Shown here: positions 28,602 through 38,308 of the stretch, in pieces
Position numbering within the stretch: the first letter of the stretch is position 1
Layout: every line of letters starts with the position of its first letter
Origin: an uncultured Gammaproteobacteria bacterium
GTDB taxonomy: Bacteria > Pseudomonadota > Gammaproteobacteria > Ga0077536
Length of the DNA stretch: 64,000 nt
Assembly (NCBI GenBank): GCA_938082545.1
Contig: CALKCL010000015.1
Span: 20,025 to 84,024, forward strand
Direction: 5' to 3'
Position numbers and translations under genes: made by a program
The notes under the pieces: generated by a model
The model's input: the letters and a program-made list of their open reading frames with translations, nothing else
What the model was told of the DNA's origin: nothing
The model's database searches: none

Positions 28602-29681
28602 CTATAGCAGTTTCTGCTGTGGGGAGGAGTCATTTGGGTTTTCAAAGCTACTCAAACCTATGCCGACTAATCTATAATTTCTATTGTGCGGTAATGTATT
28701 GTCTTGTAGCAGAAGCGAGGCGGCAATTAGTAAGGCATCGAGTGAAGGAATTAGTTCCTGAAATGTTCTACTCCTCGTGAGGGCTTGAAAATCGCTGGTT
28801 TTGAATTTTAGGGATACAGTTTTTGCATTTAGATTTTTACTAATCATCAGAGCCCAAAGTTTCTCGCATAGGGGCTCCAGTGATTTGCCAAGAGTGGACA
28901 AAGGTTTGTCTTGTTCAAAGGTTGTCTCCACAGAAATAGACTTTCTCAGACGATTGTTCCTGACGGGGGACTGATCATTTCCTCGAGCCAACTGAAATAG
29001 TCGGGAGCCAAATTTTCCACATATTGCGATGAGCTGACTCTCAGGTAAATACCTTAGATCTCCCACAGTTTCTATCTTTAAGGTTTGTAGCTTTTTCTCA
29101 GTTACTGGGCCAACACCAGGAATTTTTCTAATATTAAGAGGAGTGATGAATGAGATAACATCTTGTGGTTTTACCACACAGATGCCATTCGGCTTATTCC
29201 AATCGGAAGCAATCTTAGCGATGAATTTAGATGGGCCAACTCCGGCAGATGCGGTTAGTTTGATTTCCGAGTATATATCTTTTCTTATATTCTCGGCGAT
29301 TTCAGTTGCAGATTTAGCCCTTCTTAGATCAGTCACGTCTAAATAAGCTTCATCTAAAGAAAGTGGTTCAATCTTCTCAGTGTATCTTCCAAAAATGTTT
29401 TTTATTTGCGATGAAACTAATCGATACTTTTCGAAGTGAGGAGGTATGAAAATGAGGTTTTGACAGAGCTTGGTTGCCTTAACCACAGACATCGCCGACC
29501 GCACTCCAAATTTTCGGGCTTCATAAGAAGCCGCGCAAACAACGGATCGTTCATTAGGCCAAGCTACGATAACAGGTTTATCTATTAGTTCAGGGTTATC
29601 TCTTTGTTCAACGGATGCATAAAAAGCATCCATATCAATATGCAGGATTTTTCTATTATTTGGTTCGTATATCGCACTCAC
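28602..29681 (-). CDS. dinB: DNA polymerase IV
   Basis: ILHIDMDAFYASVEQRDNPEL...SLDEAYLDVT, 359 aa. Confidence 0.92.
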   Translation of the reverse strand: MSAIYEPNNRKILHIDMDAFYASVEQRDNPELIDKPVIVAWPNERSVVCAASYEARKFGVRSAMSVVKATKLCQNLIFIPPHFEKYRLVSSQIKNIFGRYTEKIEPLSLDEAYLDVTDLRRAKSATEIAENIRKDIYSEIKLTASAGVGPSKFIAKIASDWNKPNGICVVKPQDVISFITPLNIRKIPGVGPVTEKKLQTLKIETVGDLRYLPESQLIAICGKFGSRLFQLARGNDQSPVRNNRLRKSISVETTFEQDKPLSTLGKSLEPLCEKLWALMISKNLNAKTVSLKFKTSDFQALTRSRTFQELIPSLDALLIAASLLLQDNTLPHNRNYRLVGIGLSSFENPNDSSPQQKLL

Positions 29682-29699
29682 TTTTTTTAAACTGCTTTA

Positions 29700-31250
29700 T
29701 CATTTATCCCTTAGCTTAAAACGTTGAATTTTTCCTGTTGCAGTTTTCGGTAAGTCTTCGACGAAACTTACCCATCGTGGATACTTGTAAGGTGCTAATT
29801 CACCTTTCACATAGACCTTAAGAGTCTCCTCCATCTCAGGTGTAGGAGAAAAACCCGTCTGTAGAACTACAAATGCCTTCGGCTTTACAAGTCCTGAGTC
29901 ATCCGATTTAGCGACTACTGCGGCCTCCAAAACCGCTTCGTGATTCGTTAAGGTATTCTCAACTTCCGTAGGTGAGACATAGATCCCTCCGACTTTCAAC
30001 ATATCGTCACTGCGACCGCAATAAATATAGTAGCCTTCGCTGTCTATACGATATTTATCTCCAGTACGAGTCCATTCACCTAGGAACGTACCACGTGATT
30101 TCTTTCTGTTGTTCCAGTACATCAGTGCCATTGATGGCCCTTGTACATGTAATTCACCCAGCTCTCCTTCTTCTACGGGTGCGCCGTCTTCATTTAAGAT
30201 TTTGAGCGCATATCCATCAAGAGGCTTTCCCGTTGTGCCGTATTTGTAATCAGATTGACGGTTAGAGAGAAAGATATGGAGCATTTCTGTAGAACCTATA
30301 CCGTCCAAAATATTGATGTTGAATCTCTCATACCACTGCTTACTTAAGTCAGAAGGCAGGGCTTCTCCAGCTGATGTACATATTCGTAGTGCAATTTGAC
30401 CAGGATCTGGGAGGGATTCGTCTGCCAGTAAAGCGGCATATAAAGTAGGCACTCCATAAAAAACCGTCGGTTTCTTCTCGGTGAGTACTCGAATCACTGC
30501 TTGTGGCGTCGGTCTTTCTTCCATCAGGATAGTCGTGGCGCCGGAAAGGATAGGAAAAGTTAAAGCGTTACCTAGCCCGTAAGCAAAGAATAGTTTCGCC
30601 GCGGAAAACACAATGTCGCTGCTAGTGATACTCAGCACAGGTTGCGCATATAAACGAGCGGTATCACGCATACTCGTTTGCACATGGATAGTTCCTTTAG
30701 GCTTTCCTGTCGATCCTGAAGAGTATAACCAAAAGCATGATTGATCTGCGTGCGTATTAGCTGACTTTGGCGCACATTTTGATTTCGTAATAATTTCAGA
30801 TAATTCACCGGTTTTCCCATCAGAGAAAATTATTCTTTCTAGAGAGTCAATACTTTCTAGAAGGGGAAGAAAAGTGTCGCTAAATTCAGAACTGACAATA
30901 GCAATTTTTGCTTTACTGTCTGCAAGCATAAAGGCGTAGTCACTTTGAGTTAATAGAGTATTGGTCAAGACTGGGATTACCCCTGCATAGATAGCGCCCA
31001 GGAAAGTCGTTGGGATCTCGAAGCTATCGGTCATGCAAAGTAAAATTCTTTCCTCCTCTCTTAATCCTAAATTAATGAGAGCAGTGGCAGTTTTTTGAGC
31101 AAGAGTTTTCAACTGTTGGTAAGTATAGCTACCGTGTTTATCTATGTAGGCTGTTTTTGACCCACGACCGGCGACAATGTTTACATTTATTAGATGGTCA
31201 GCAGCATTAAATGAGGCTTCATCATCTACTCTAGGAGTTGACGTGTTCAA
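29700..31250 (-). CDS. benzoate-CoA ligase family (AMP-forming)
   Basis: WLYSSGSTGKPKG (AMP-binding motif), ...GDKY..DSEGYYIYCGRSDDMLKVGG, and a C-terminal KTATGKIQRFKLR. It lies in the box cluster. TTG start, overlapping the ferredoxin stop codon. Confidence 0.85.
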   Translation of the reverse strand: MNTSTPRVDDEASFNAADHLINVNIVAGRGSKTAYIDKHGSYTYQQLKTLAQKTATALINLGLREEERILLCMTDSFEIPTTFLGAIYAGVIPVLTNTLLTQSDYAFMLADSKAKIAIVSSEFSDTFLPLLESIDSLERIIFSDGKTGELSEIITKSKCAPKSANTHADQSCFWLYSSGSTGKPKGTIHVQTSMRDTARLYAQPVLSITSSDIVFSAAKLFFAYGLGNALTFPILSGATTILMEERPTPQAVIRVLTEKKPTVFYGVPTLYAALLADESLPDPGQIALRICTSAGEALPSDLSKQWYERFNINILDGIGSTEMLHIFLSNRQSDYKYGTTGKPLDGYALKILNEDGAPVEEGELGELHVQGPSMALMYWNNRKKSRGTFLGEWTRTGDKYRIDSEGYYIYCGRSDDMLKVGGIYVSPTEVENTLTNHEAVLEAAVVAKSDDSGLVKPKAFVVLQTGFSPTPEMEETLKVYVKGELAPYKYPRWVSFVEDLPKTATGKIQRFKLRDK

Positions 31251-31561
31251 AATTCTGGTGCCAGCGTTAGTCGTAAGCCGTTGAGTTCTTCCGAATACTC
31301 TATTTGACAGGCGAGCCTGGAGTTTTCCTCGTAATGTCCAGAATCTTCGACCATTACCTGCTCATCTTCGGCACGTTCCCCTGTTTTGAATTGCCAATTT
31401 GCATCTAAATACACGTGACAAGTAGAACAGATACAGACTCCTCCGCATATGCCTTCTACCGGAAGACTGGCTTCCCTGAGCACCTCCATGAGGTTGAGGC
31501 CATCACGAGCTTCGATTTCATGCTCTACCCCGTTCCTATCTGTTGCGAAAATTTTCCCCAT
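31247..31561 (-). CDS. [2Fe-2S] ferredoxin (adrenodoxin/putidaredoxin-like, 104 aa)
   Basis: The CGGVCICSTCH...C ligand pattern is present. The gene is wedged between boxB (2-nt gap) and the ligase (overlap). Confidence 0.8.
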   Translation of the reverse strand: MGKIFATDRNGVEHEIEARDGLNLMEVLREASLPVEGICGGVCICSTCHVYLDANWQFKTGERAEDEQVMVEDSGHYEENSRLACQIEYSEELNGLRLTLAPEF

Positions 31562-31563
31562 AC

Positions 31564-32988
31564 TTAAAGTCTCACATATTCATAATCAATTGCTTGACTA
31601 TTTATTCCTATCCGTGGAGCTGCTATCCAGCTAGCAAATTTTCCAGGCTCGGTCACTTGAACCATCAGTGACTTAACATACTCGTGATCTTGCTGTGATG
31701 GCAACCATTCCAGTTTTTTTTCTTCCCATTGATCACTGCTGATGACGCTTCCATCTGGAGCTACACAAGCGCTGGAAAATGTCCCTATTTGACGATGGAA
31801 TGCCCGATGAGGAAGTTTTATCTCAAACTCTACCCCTGTATCTTTGATGAGTTTGTTCCACCGGTTGACCCCACGTTGACAGTCTTCAATATAATCGTCA
31901 CGCAAACGTTCATTAATCGAGGTTAACGCAGACACTTCCTCTTTTGCGATTTTTTGATCGCGAAATGTAGAAACCTCATAAGGTTCATCTTTAAGACGGT
32001 GGTCATCTTTAATACGATTTTCCTGATACCTTCCCTTTAACCCTTGAGTGTAATAGTTAGCCGCATTAGTTGAGATCTCAGCTCCAAATAGATCCTCTGA
32101 AACACTGAAATGGAAGTTTACATACTTCTGGAGAGTAGGCAGGTCAATACCACCATGTCTCCTTACATCATCGGTTTTGTGTTGATTCATAATGTCACAT
32201 GCTTTTTGGATAATTCGAGCCACCCCTGTTTCACCGACATGCATATGATGCGCTTCCTCAGTTAACATGAACTGACATGTCCGTGCGAGAGGGTCGAAAG
32301 CTGATTCTGTAAGAGAGGCCAGCTGGTATTTCCCATCTCGATCTGTGAAGTAAGTAAACATATAGAATGACAGCCAGTCGGGAGTTTGCTCATTAAAAGC
32401 ACCTAATATTCTAGGTTTATCAGGATCTCCAGAGCTTCTTTGTAATAATTCTTCAGCTTCTTCTCTACCATCTCGCCCAAAATGCGCCATCAGTAAGTAG
32501 ACCATCGCCCACAAATGTCTCGCTTCTTCAACATTGACCTGGAACAAGTTTCTCATGTCTACAAGTGATGGAGCGGTAGCCGCTAGAATTCGTTGTTGTT
32601 CAACTGAGGCTGGCTCTGTATCTCCTTGGGTTACGATGAGTCGTCTGAGTGGTGCTCGGTATTCTGCTGGCACGTCCTGCCATACTTTTTCACCTTGATG
32701 TTCACCAAACTTAATACGCTTATCTTGTTCATGCGACTCTGCTAAAAAAATACCCCACCGGTAGTCAGGCATTTTGACTGGGCCAAAATGAGCCCAACCT
32801 TTTTTATCAACGCTCACAGCTGTTCTCAGGTAGACTTCGTTTTCTTGGTAGGAATCTGGACCATTTGTTTGCCACCAGTTCATGAACTTTGGGTGCCAAG
32901 ACTCTAATGCTCTCTGTAGTTTACGGTCTGAGGAAAGGCCAACGTTATTAGGGATGAGTTGGCTGTAGTCTATTTGAGCTTCCATCAA
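31564..32988 (-). CDS. boxB: benzoyl-CoA 2,3-epoxidase, di-iron oxygenase subunit BoxB
   Basis: The N-terminus IPNNVGLSSDRKLQRALESWHPKFMNWW matches my recollection of the BoxB N-terminus. EExxH-type di-iron motifs are present (VEEARHLW, TEEAHHMH). 474 aa. Confidence 0.85.
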   Translation of the reverse strand: MMEAQIDYSQLIPNNVGLSSDRKLQRALESWHPKFMNWWQTNGPDSYQENEVYLRTAVSVDKKGWAHFGPVKMPDYRWGIFLAESHEQDKRIKFGEHQGEKVWQDVPAEYRAPLRRLIVTQGDTEPASVEQQRILAATAPSLVDMRNLFQVNVEEARHLWAMVYLLMAHFGRDGREEAEELLQRSSGDPDKPRILGAFNEQTPDWLSFYMFTYFTDRDGKYQLASLTESAFDPLARTCQFMLTEEAHHMHVGETGVARIIQKACDIMNQHKTDDVRRHGGIDLPTLQKYVNFHFSVSEDLFGAEISTNAANYYTQGLKGRYQENRIKDDHRLKDEPYEVSTFRDQKIAKEEVSALTSINERLRDDYIEDCQRGVNRWNKLIKDTGVEFEIKLPHRAFHRQIGTFSSACVAPDGSVISSDQWEEKKLEWLPSQQDHEYVKSLMVQVTEPGKFASWIAAPRIGINSQAIDYEYVRL

Positions 32989-33006
32989 TAAATCTCCATT
33001 ATTTTT

Positions 33007-34710
33007 TTATACACGACCTTTTTGAAATTTGGGTCTTTCTCCGCTTCCATATAGGCTTAAAGCTCCATCTTCGCCAACGGCATTAGGCCGTTGAAAGATC
33101 CAGTTTTGCCATGCTGAAAGGCGAGAAAATATTTTTGATTCAATCGTTTCGGGACCGACAAACCTAAGATTTGCCTCCATTCCTGAAAGTGCGTCTGGGG
33201 AAAACACTGCTCGTGATTCAATAGCTATCCTGAGTTCATCTTCCCAATCTATGTCGTCAGGCGTAAAAGTGACCAAACCTAATTGTTCTGCTGTCTTCGG
33301 ATCAATACGATTTAGGGTATTTTCTTCCACTGCAGTCAATAATTCCTTCTGCCCGTAAAACCTACTTTCCAATCTCGTCAGTTCGTTCACCATTCGTAAA
33401 GAGCCAAAGTTAAACTCAGTCAAAGTGATGAAGGTCTCCGGTCGGCCATCCTCTTCGAATTGACCTAACAACATATAACTTTGGTCGCATGCGAAAGCCA
33501 GTTCTGCTAGGATTCCGCAAAAACAGCTGCCGGGCTCTATGGCCGCTATAAGACTCCTAGCTGAAACATCAATTCGCTTTAAGGTTCGCTCCAAGTATAG
33601 AACTATCTCCTTTATCACCGGAGCACTCTCATGATCCTTCAATAAGGACTCTGCTTTTAACACATCGGCAGACTCTCCTGATGTTTTGAAAATCCAAGTC
33701 CCAATTTCGTCTTCGTTAAACCGCATATGTAGTATCGCATCTTCTAATTCTCTAGCTATCAGCAAAGGCCAGAAATCCGAACCTTCGCTCATAATTCCAG
33801 CGAGATCATGCGGTAAGTCAGTATGATTGCTGTGGAGTGTAAAAGTGGCGCTGGAAAGTGTTCGATCTATTGTAATGGACAGATGGCTGTACTCGATTGA
33901 GTTTTCTTTAAATGACCGATTAAGCGGTGTAAATTGAATACCCACTGCAGCACTTTCAGGATTTTTACCAGCCGCGATTTCTTTTGCTCGGGACATGACT
34001 TGCTCTGTGAAGGAAGATGCTGGAATTATTCGATCAACTAATCCCCACTCTAGAGCGCGCTTCCCCTTAATGCCTTCTTCGGTTGTGCAGAAAAAATCTG
34101 CACGGTCTTTCCGAACAAGGCGTTTATCTACAAGCCGAGTCAAGCCTCCTGTTCCGGGCAAGACTGCTAGAAGCGGTAATTCAGGAAGGGAGACTGCACT
34201 AGAACCATCATCTGCGAGATATATTTCATCACAAGCCAAGGCAAGTTCATAACCACCTCCGGCACACGATCCTTGTATAGCGCAAAGATATGTTTGACTG
34301 GAATTCTTGGTCGCATTTTCTATAGCATTCCTTGTCTCGTTGGTGAATTTGCAAAAATTAACCTTATGGGCATGATTGGAATATCCCAGCATTTTTATAT
34401 TGGCACCGGCACAAAAAACTCGTTCATTCAAAGAATGGATGATCACACAGCGAATAGATGGGTGCTCGAAGCGGATTCGCTGAATAGCATCATTTAATTC
34501 GATATCGACCCCTAAATCGTAGGAATTAAGCTTTAACTGATACCCATCTCCTAATGTGTCACTCTCAGAGACATTCAATCCAAGCCAAGCTATGTCCTCT
34601 TCTATCTTTATGACCCAATGTTTGTATTGGTTAGGGTGAGTTAGAAAGTTAATACCAAAACTTGCTATATAATGGTTTTTTCTTTTTTTTAGGTCTTGCG
34701 AAGCGGGCAT
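33007..34710 (-). CDS. boxC: 2,3-epoxybenzoyl-CoA dihydrolase BoxC (crotonase superfamily)
   Basis: 567 aa, crotonase-fold N-terminal half (VFCAGANIKML, GGGYELALACD), located upstream of boxB. Confidence 0.8.
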   Translation of the reverse strand: MPASQDLKKRKNHYIASFGINFLTHPNQYKHWVIKIEEDIAWLGLNVSESDTLGDGYQLKLNSYDLGVDIELNDAIQRIRFEHPSIRCVIIHSLNERVFCAGANIKMLGYSNHAHKVNFCKFTNETRNAIENATKNSSQTYLCAIQGSCAGGGYELALACDEIYLADDGSSAVSLPELPLLAVLPGTGGLTRLVDKRLVRKDRADFFCTTEEGIKGKRALEWGLVDRIIPASSFTEQVMSRAKEIAAGKNPESAAVGIQFTPLNRSFKENSIEYSHLSITIDRTLSSATFTLHSNHTDLPHDLAGIMSEGSDFWPLLIARELEDAILHMRFNEDEIGTWIFKTSGESADVLKAESLLKDHESAPVIKEIVLYLERTLKRIDVSARSLIAAIEPGSCFCGILAELAFACDQSYMLLGQFEEDGRPETFITLTEFNFGSLRMVNELTRLESRFYGQKELLTAVEENTLNRIDPKTAEQLGLVTFTPDDIDWEDELRIAIESRAVFSPDALSGMEANLRFVGPETIESKIFSRLSAWQNWIFQRPNAVGEDGALSLYGSGERPKFQKGRV

Positions 34711-35597
34711 TAAATTTTCTCTTTCTTGATATCTATGATATTTAAGTTGATTATTAAATCGAGAGCTTCAGATATGTTCAGTTCTGACGTATCAATAGTA
34801 TGCTCGGCCCGTTGATAGAGGCTGAGCCGATTAGTCAGCATAGCTTCAAGTTCAGCCATCGCGTTCTTATTTTTTGATATAGGCCGATAGTCGCCCTGGG
34901 CAATAACTCGTTCCATATGCTCTTTAGGTTTTGCCTGCACCCATATTGTATGGCACGTTCTTAAGAGAAGATTGAACGTGTCGGGCTCCGTTACTAGACT
35001 GCCACCTATAGCTATGACAGACATCGGATCGCGATTTAAGACATTTGTTAATGCTTCATTTTGAAAACGACGATACGTGGCTTGTCCGCCCAGCGAAAAA
35101 ATTTCACTAACTGGCATTCCGGCGGCTTTAGAAATCTCTGATCCCAGTTCGATAAAACGCACACCTAGTTTTCTTTCTAAACCTCTACCCAGAGTCGATT
35201 TTCCGGCTCCTCTAAGCCCGATTAATGCAATATGATTTTTCTTAGTACGAAGTGCCGGATCTTTAGCTTGCGTTAGTAACTGATGTAGTTCGTCGTCCGA
35301 GACGCTCCTTAGATGTTCTCGGAACTCTAGATATATCGAGCTTTGGCTTTGTTTTTCTTCGACTAGATCGTCAATTTTTAAAGCCAACGCTGTCGTTATG
35401 GCCTTTAAAATTAAAATGGATGGGTTAGCCGTACCAGCTTCTAAAAGGGCTAGGTATCTTTCGGAGACGCCTGAGTTCTCTGCAAGTTTGCGTCTTGACA
35501 TAGATTTTCTAATACGCTCAGTACGCACACGTAGCCCTAGTATCGTTAGATATCCGGAAGTCGGCTCTGTGCTTAGTTGTAGGAGAGGGCTATTCAT
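34710..35597 (-). CDS. boxR: BoxR/BzdR-type regulator (XRE HTH domain fused to a shikimate-kinase-like domain)
   Basis: The N-terminal HTH is SRRKLAENSGVSERYLALLEAG. The C-terminal part has a P-loop, LIGLRGAGKSTLGR, followed by shikimate-kinase-like sequence. Its stop codon shares one nt with the boxC ATG (TAATG). Confidence 0.8.
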   Translation of the reverse strand: MNSPLLQLSTEPTSGYLTILGLRVRTERIRKSMSRRKLAENSGVSERYLALLEAGTANPSILILKAITTALALKIDDLVEEKQSQSSIYLEFREHLRSVSDDELHQLLTQAKDPALRTKKNHIALIGLRGAGKSTLGRGLERKLGVRFIELGSEISKAAGMPVSEIFSLGGQATYRRFQNEALTNVLNRDPMSVIAIGGSLVTEPDTFNLLLRTCHTIWVQAKPKEHMERVIAQGDYRPISKNKNAMAELEAMLTNRLSLYQRAEHTIDTSELNISEALDLIINLNIIDIKKEKI

Positions 35598-35749
35598 ATT
35601 GCAAAATAATACACTATTATAAGAAAATTAAAGTGCAATATATTACATATATTCTGTTGATTTGTGGTTACTAGCTTTTTTAGAACGCGATTTATGGGCC
35701 CCACAATCGTTAATACGTTTAAAATAATGAAAACTTTATCCTTAGGAGC

Positions 35750-36571
35750 TTGCAGTTGGAATCAATAATAGAACAACGGGTTGTGGACCGTCGTAAAGTA
35801 AAGCATGAAAAAAGTAAGCTTCAGCAGCGACTTAGACGACTCACTGGCCAAGCTATCAGTGATTTCGAAATGATAGGTGAAGGTGATCGAGTAATGGTTT
35901 GTCTCTCAGGAGGAAAAGATTCTTATACGTTACTTGATGTGCTGACCCGCCTTCAAGACCGCGCACCTATAAAGTTTGAACTCGTTGCAGTGCATTTAGA
36001 TCAAAAGCAACCGGGGTACCCCACCGACGTCATGTCTGGATACCTCGAACAAATTGGTATTAAAAGCCATATTATTGAGCAAGATACATACTCTACTGTA
36101 AAACGCGTCATACCAGAGGGTAAGACCATGTGCGGTCTTTGTTCGCGACTGCGTCGTGGTATTCTCTATCGTTTTGCTAGGGAAAATGGTTTTACGCGTA
36201 TCGCGCTCGGCCATCACCGCGATGATATCGTCGAAACACTTTTCCTTAATATGTTTTTTGGCTCAAAACTAAAGGCTATGCCTCCAAAGTTGCAAAGTGA
36301 TGATGGCGCGCATATCGTCATCAGACCTTTAGCTTATTGTGCCGAAGAGGATATCGCTCAGTATGCAGAGGTACAGAACTATCCCATTATTCCGTGCAAC
36401 CTTTGCGGTGGGCAGGATCATTTACAAAGAGTAAAGATAAAACAAATGTTGGCTACTTGGGAAAAAGAAACACCAGGTCGGGTAGAAAATGTTTTTAGAA
36501 GTATATGTAACGTTGCGCCTTCACATTTAGCTGATAATCAGGCCTTTGATTTTAAAGCTCTTGGTTCTTGA
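35750..36571 (+). CDS. ttcA: tRNA 2-thiocytidine(32) synthetase TtcA
   Basis: [17 protein letters not shown] (PP-loop), [10 protein letters not shown] and PCNLCG. The start is uncertain: TTG at 35750, or the in-frame TTG at 35756, which is better spaced from AGGAG at 35744-35748. Confidence 0.88.
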   Translation: MQLESIIEQRVVDRRKVKHEKSKLQQRLRRLTGQAISDFEMIGEGDRVMVCLSGGKDSYTLLDVLTRLQDRAPIKFELVAVHLDQKQPGYPTDVMSGYLEQIGIKSHIIEQDTYSTVKRVIPEGKTMCGLCSRLRRGILYRFARENGFTRIALGHHRDDIVETLFLNMFFGSKLKAMPPKLQSDDGAHIVIRPLAYCAEEDIAQYAEVQNYPIIPCNLCGGQDHLQRVKIKQMLATWEKETPGRVENVFRSICNVAPSHLADNQAFDFKALGS

Positions 36572-36634
36572 AATAACAGAGTGTCATAATATTTTCAATT
36601 TTTTTATCAAAGTAGAATTTTGCGAGGTACCTAA

Positions 36635-37510
36635 ATGAAGATAGGTCTTTTTTCAATTTGTCCTGATATAGATGTTGATCCGGCTATAGTTGCTAAGCAT
36701 GCTGAAGATGCCGGTTTTCATTCATATTGGGTCGCAGATCATCCGACTTTCCCCGTTCAGTACGAGACGGCCTACCCGGGTCGGCCAGCTGATGGCATAG
36801 ATCCCGACTATTTGTGGAAGATGCCAGAGCCCCTCATTGCATTAATGCGAGCCGCGACAGCTACTGAATCGATTCAGCTCGGCACTGCTATCTTATTGAT
36901 CGCCGAACGACATCCTCTTCATTTAGCGAAAGAGATTGCCTCTTTGGATGCTTTCAGTAATGGACGATTTCACTTTGGAATTGGGGCAGGTTGGTGTCGA
37001 GAAGAAGCTGAAATACTAGGGGTAGACTTTGATCATCGATGGGGACAAGCGAGAGAGTGTGTCGAAATCATTAAATCATGTTGGACTGATGATACTACCG
37101 AGTACCACGGCAAGTACTACGATTTTCCTGCAGTCAAATGTTATCCCAAGCCATCTAGTCTGCCTCATCCACCTATTTATCTCCCAAGTATTATGGTGGG
37201 AGGGGAGTGGTCAGAGCGAGTTTTTAATCGCATTGTGAAATGGGGTGATGGCTGGCTACCTGTTGCAATGAACGTTCAACAAGTCGTTGATGGAATGAGA
37301 AAAATGCAGGAAATTGCATCTGTGGCAGGAAAATCAGAGAAAAAAATAAATGTAAACGTCTTGGGCGGCTTAGGGCAATGGAGAACGCGTAAGGATATTG
37401 ACGCATTTGTGGCAGCTGGGGTAGACCAGGTTACTATTTGGATGAAGTCAACCGACCTTGACAGCGCACGTCTTGAACTCGACACCTTAGCTGAAGAACT
37501 TATATTTTAA
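36635..37510 (+). CDS. luciferase-like (LLM-class) flavin/F420-dependent oxidoreductase
   Basis: FHSYWVADHP...LGTAILLIAERHPLHLAKEIASLDAFSNGRFHFGIGAGW, 291 aa. Confidence 0.75.
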   Translation: MKIGLFSICPDIDVDPAIVAKHAEDAGFHSYWVADHPTFPVQYETAYPGRPADGIDPDYLWKMPEPLIALMRAATATESIQLGTAILLIAERHPLHLAKEIASLDAFSNGRFHFGIGAGWCREEAEILGVDFDHRWGQARECVEIIKSCWTDDTTEYHGKYYDFPAVKCYPKPSSLPHPPIYLPSIMVGGEWSERVFNRIVKWGDGWLPVAMNVQQVVDGMRKMQEIASVAGKSEKKINVNVLGGLGQWRTRKDIDAFVAAGVDQVTIWMKSTDLDSARLELDTLAEELIF

Positions 37511-37559
37511 TATTATTTCTACTTCATAGGAAGGTTATCCGTGCTTACCAAGGTTTCAA

Positions 37560-38291
37560 ATGGCTTTATCATATCCCGCTGAACTATATGAACTTATTCA
37601 TTCAGGTAATGAAGGGGATTTAGAATTCTATACTCGAGAATGTGCTGACGTGCAGCGTGTACTTGAGGTGGGATGTGGGACAGGTCGTATTGGAAGTGCG
37701 ATTTTGGCGCAAGGTCCAGAGGTATGGGGTCTCGATATCCATACTGAAAGCCTTAATATGGCAGAGAAAAAAGGGCTGATTACGGTTTTTGGAGATATGC
37801 AAGATTTTAGTATTGAACAAAGATTTGACCGAATTATCATACCGAATAACACGCTTTACTGTTTGTCATCTGACCAAGAGGTCATGAGATGTTTACGAAC
37901 AGCCAAGAGGCATTTGGCGCCCAGTGGTAAAATTATTTTCGACGGGTACCTCACGCCAGTGCGTGCTTCGAAGATTGCCAAAATCACAGTCAAAGATAGA
38001 CAAGACTCTTGGATAAAGAGTGTTCGATTCGATGGGAAAGAATGGGATATATTTGAAAAATCCGTTTTGGATACGAGACGAAAAACTGCTAACGTAAGCT
38101 ATCGATGTACATTAAAAGAGACTAGCGTTGAACTTCTTATCGAAGTTAAGCATAGGTATTTAGAGATCTCACAAATACTGACTCTTCTCCAGCACTCGGG
38201 TCTATTTGCCTTATCAATACAAGGCGGCTATCTCAACGAGGCTCTGAGTGAAGATTCAGAGAATTTTTTGATACGAGTCCAAGCAGTATAA
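37560..38291 (+). CDS. class I SAM-dependent methyltransferase
   Basis: VLEVGCGTGRIG is motif I. 243 aa. Confidence 0.75.
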   Translation: MALSYPAELYELIHSGNEGDLEFYTRECADVQRVLEVGCGTGRIGSAILAQGPEVWGLDIHTESLNMAEKKGLITVFGDMQDFSIEQRFDRIIIPNNTLYCLSSDQEVMRCLRTAKRHLAPSGKIIFDGYLTPVRASKIAKITVKDRQDSWIKSVRFDGKEWDIFEKSVLDTRRKTANVSYRCTLKETSVELLIEVKHRYLEISQILTLLQHSGLFALSIQGGYLNEALSEDSENFLIRVQAV

Positions 38292-38308
38292 TAAAAGTAT
38301 ATTTATTT

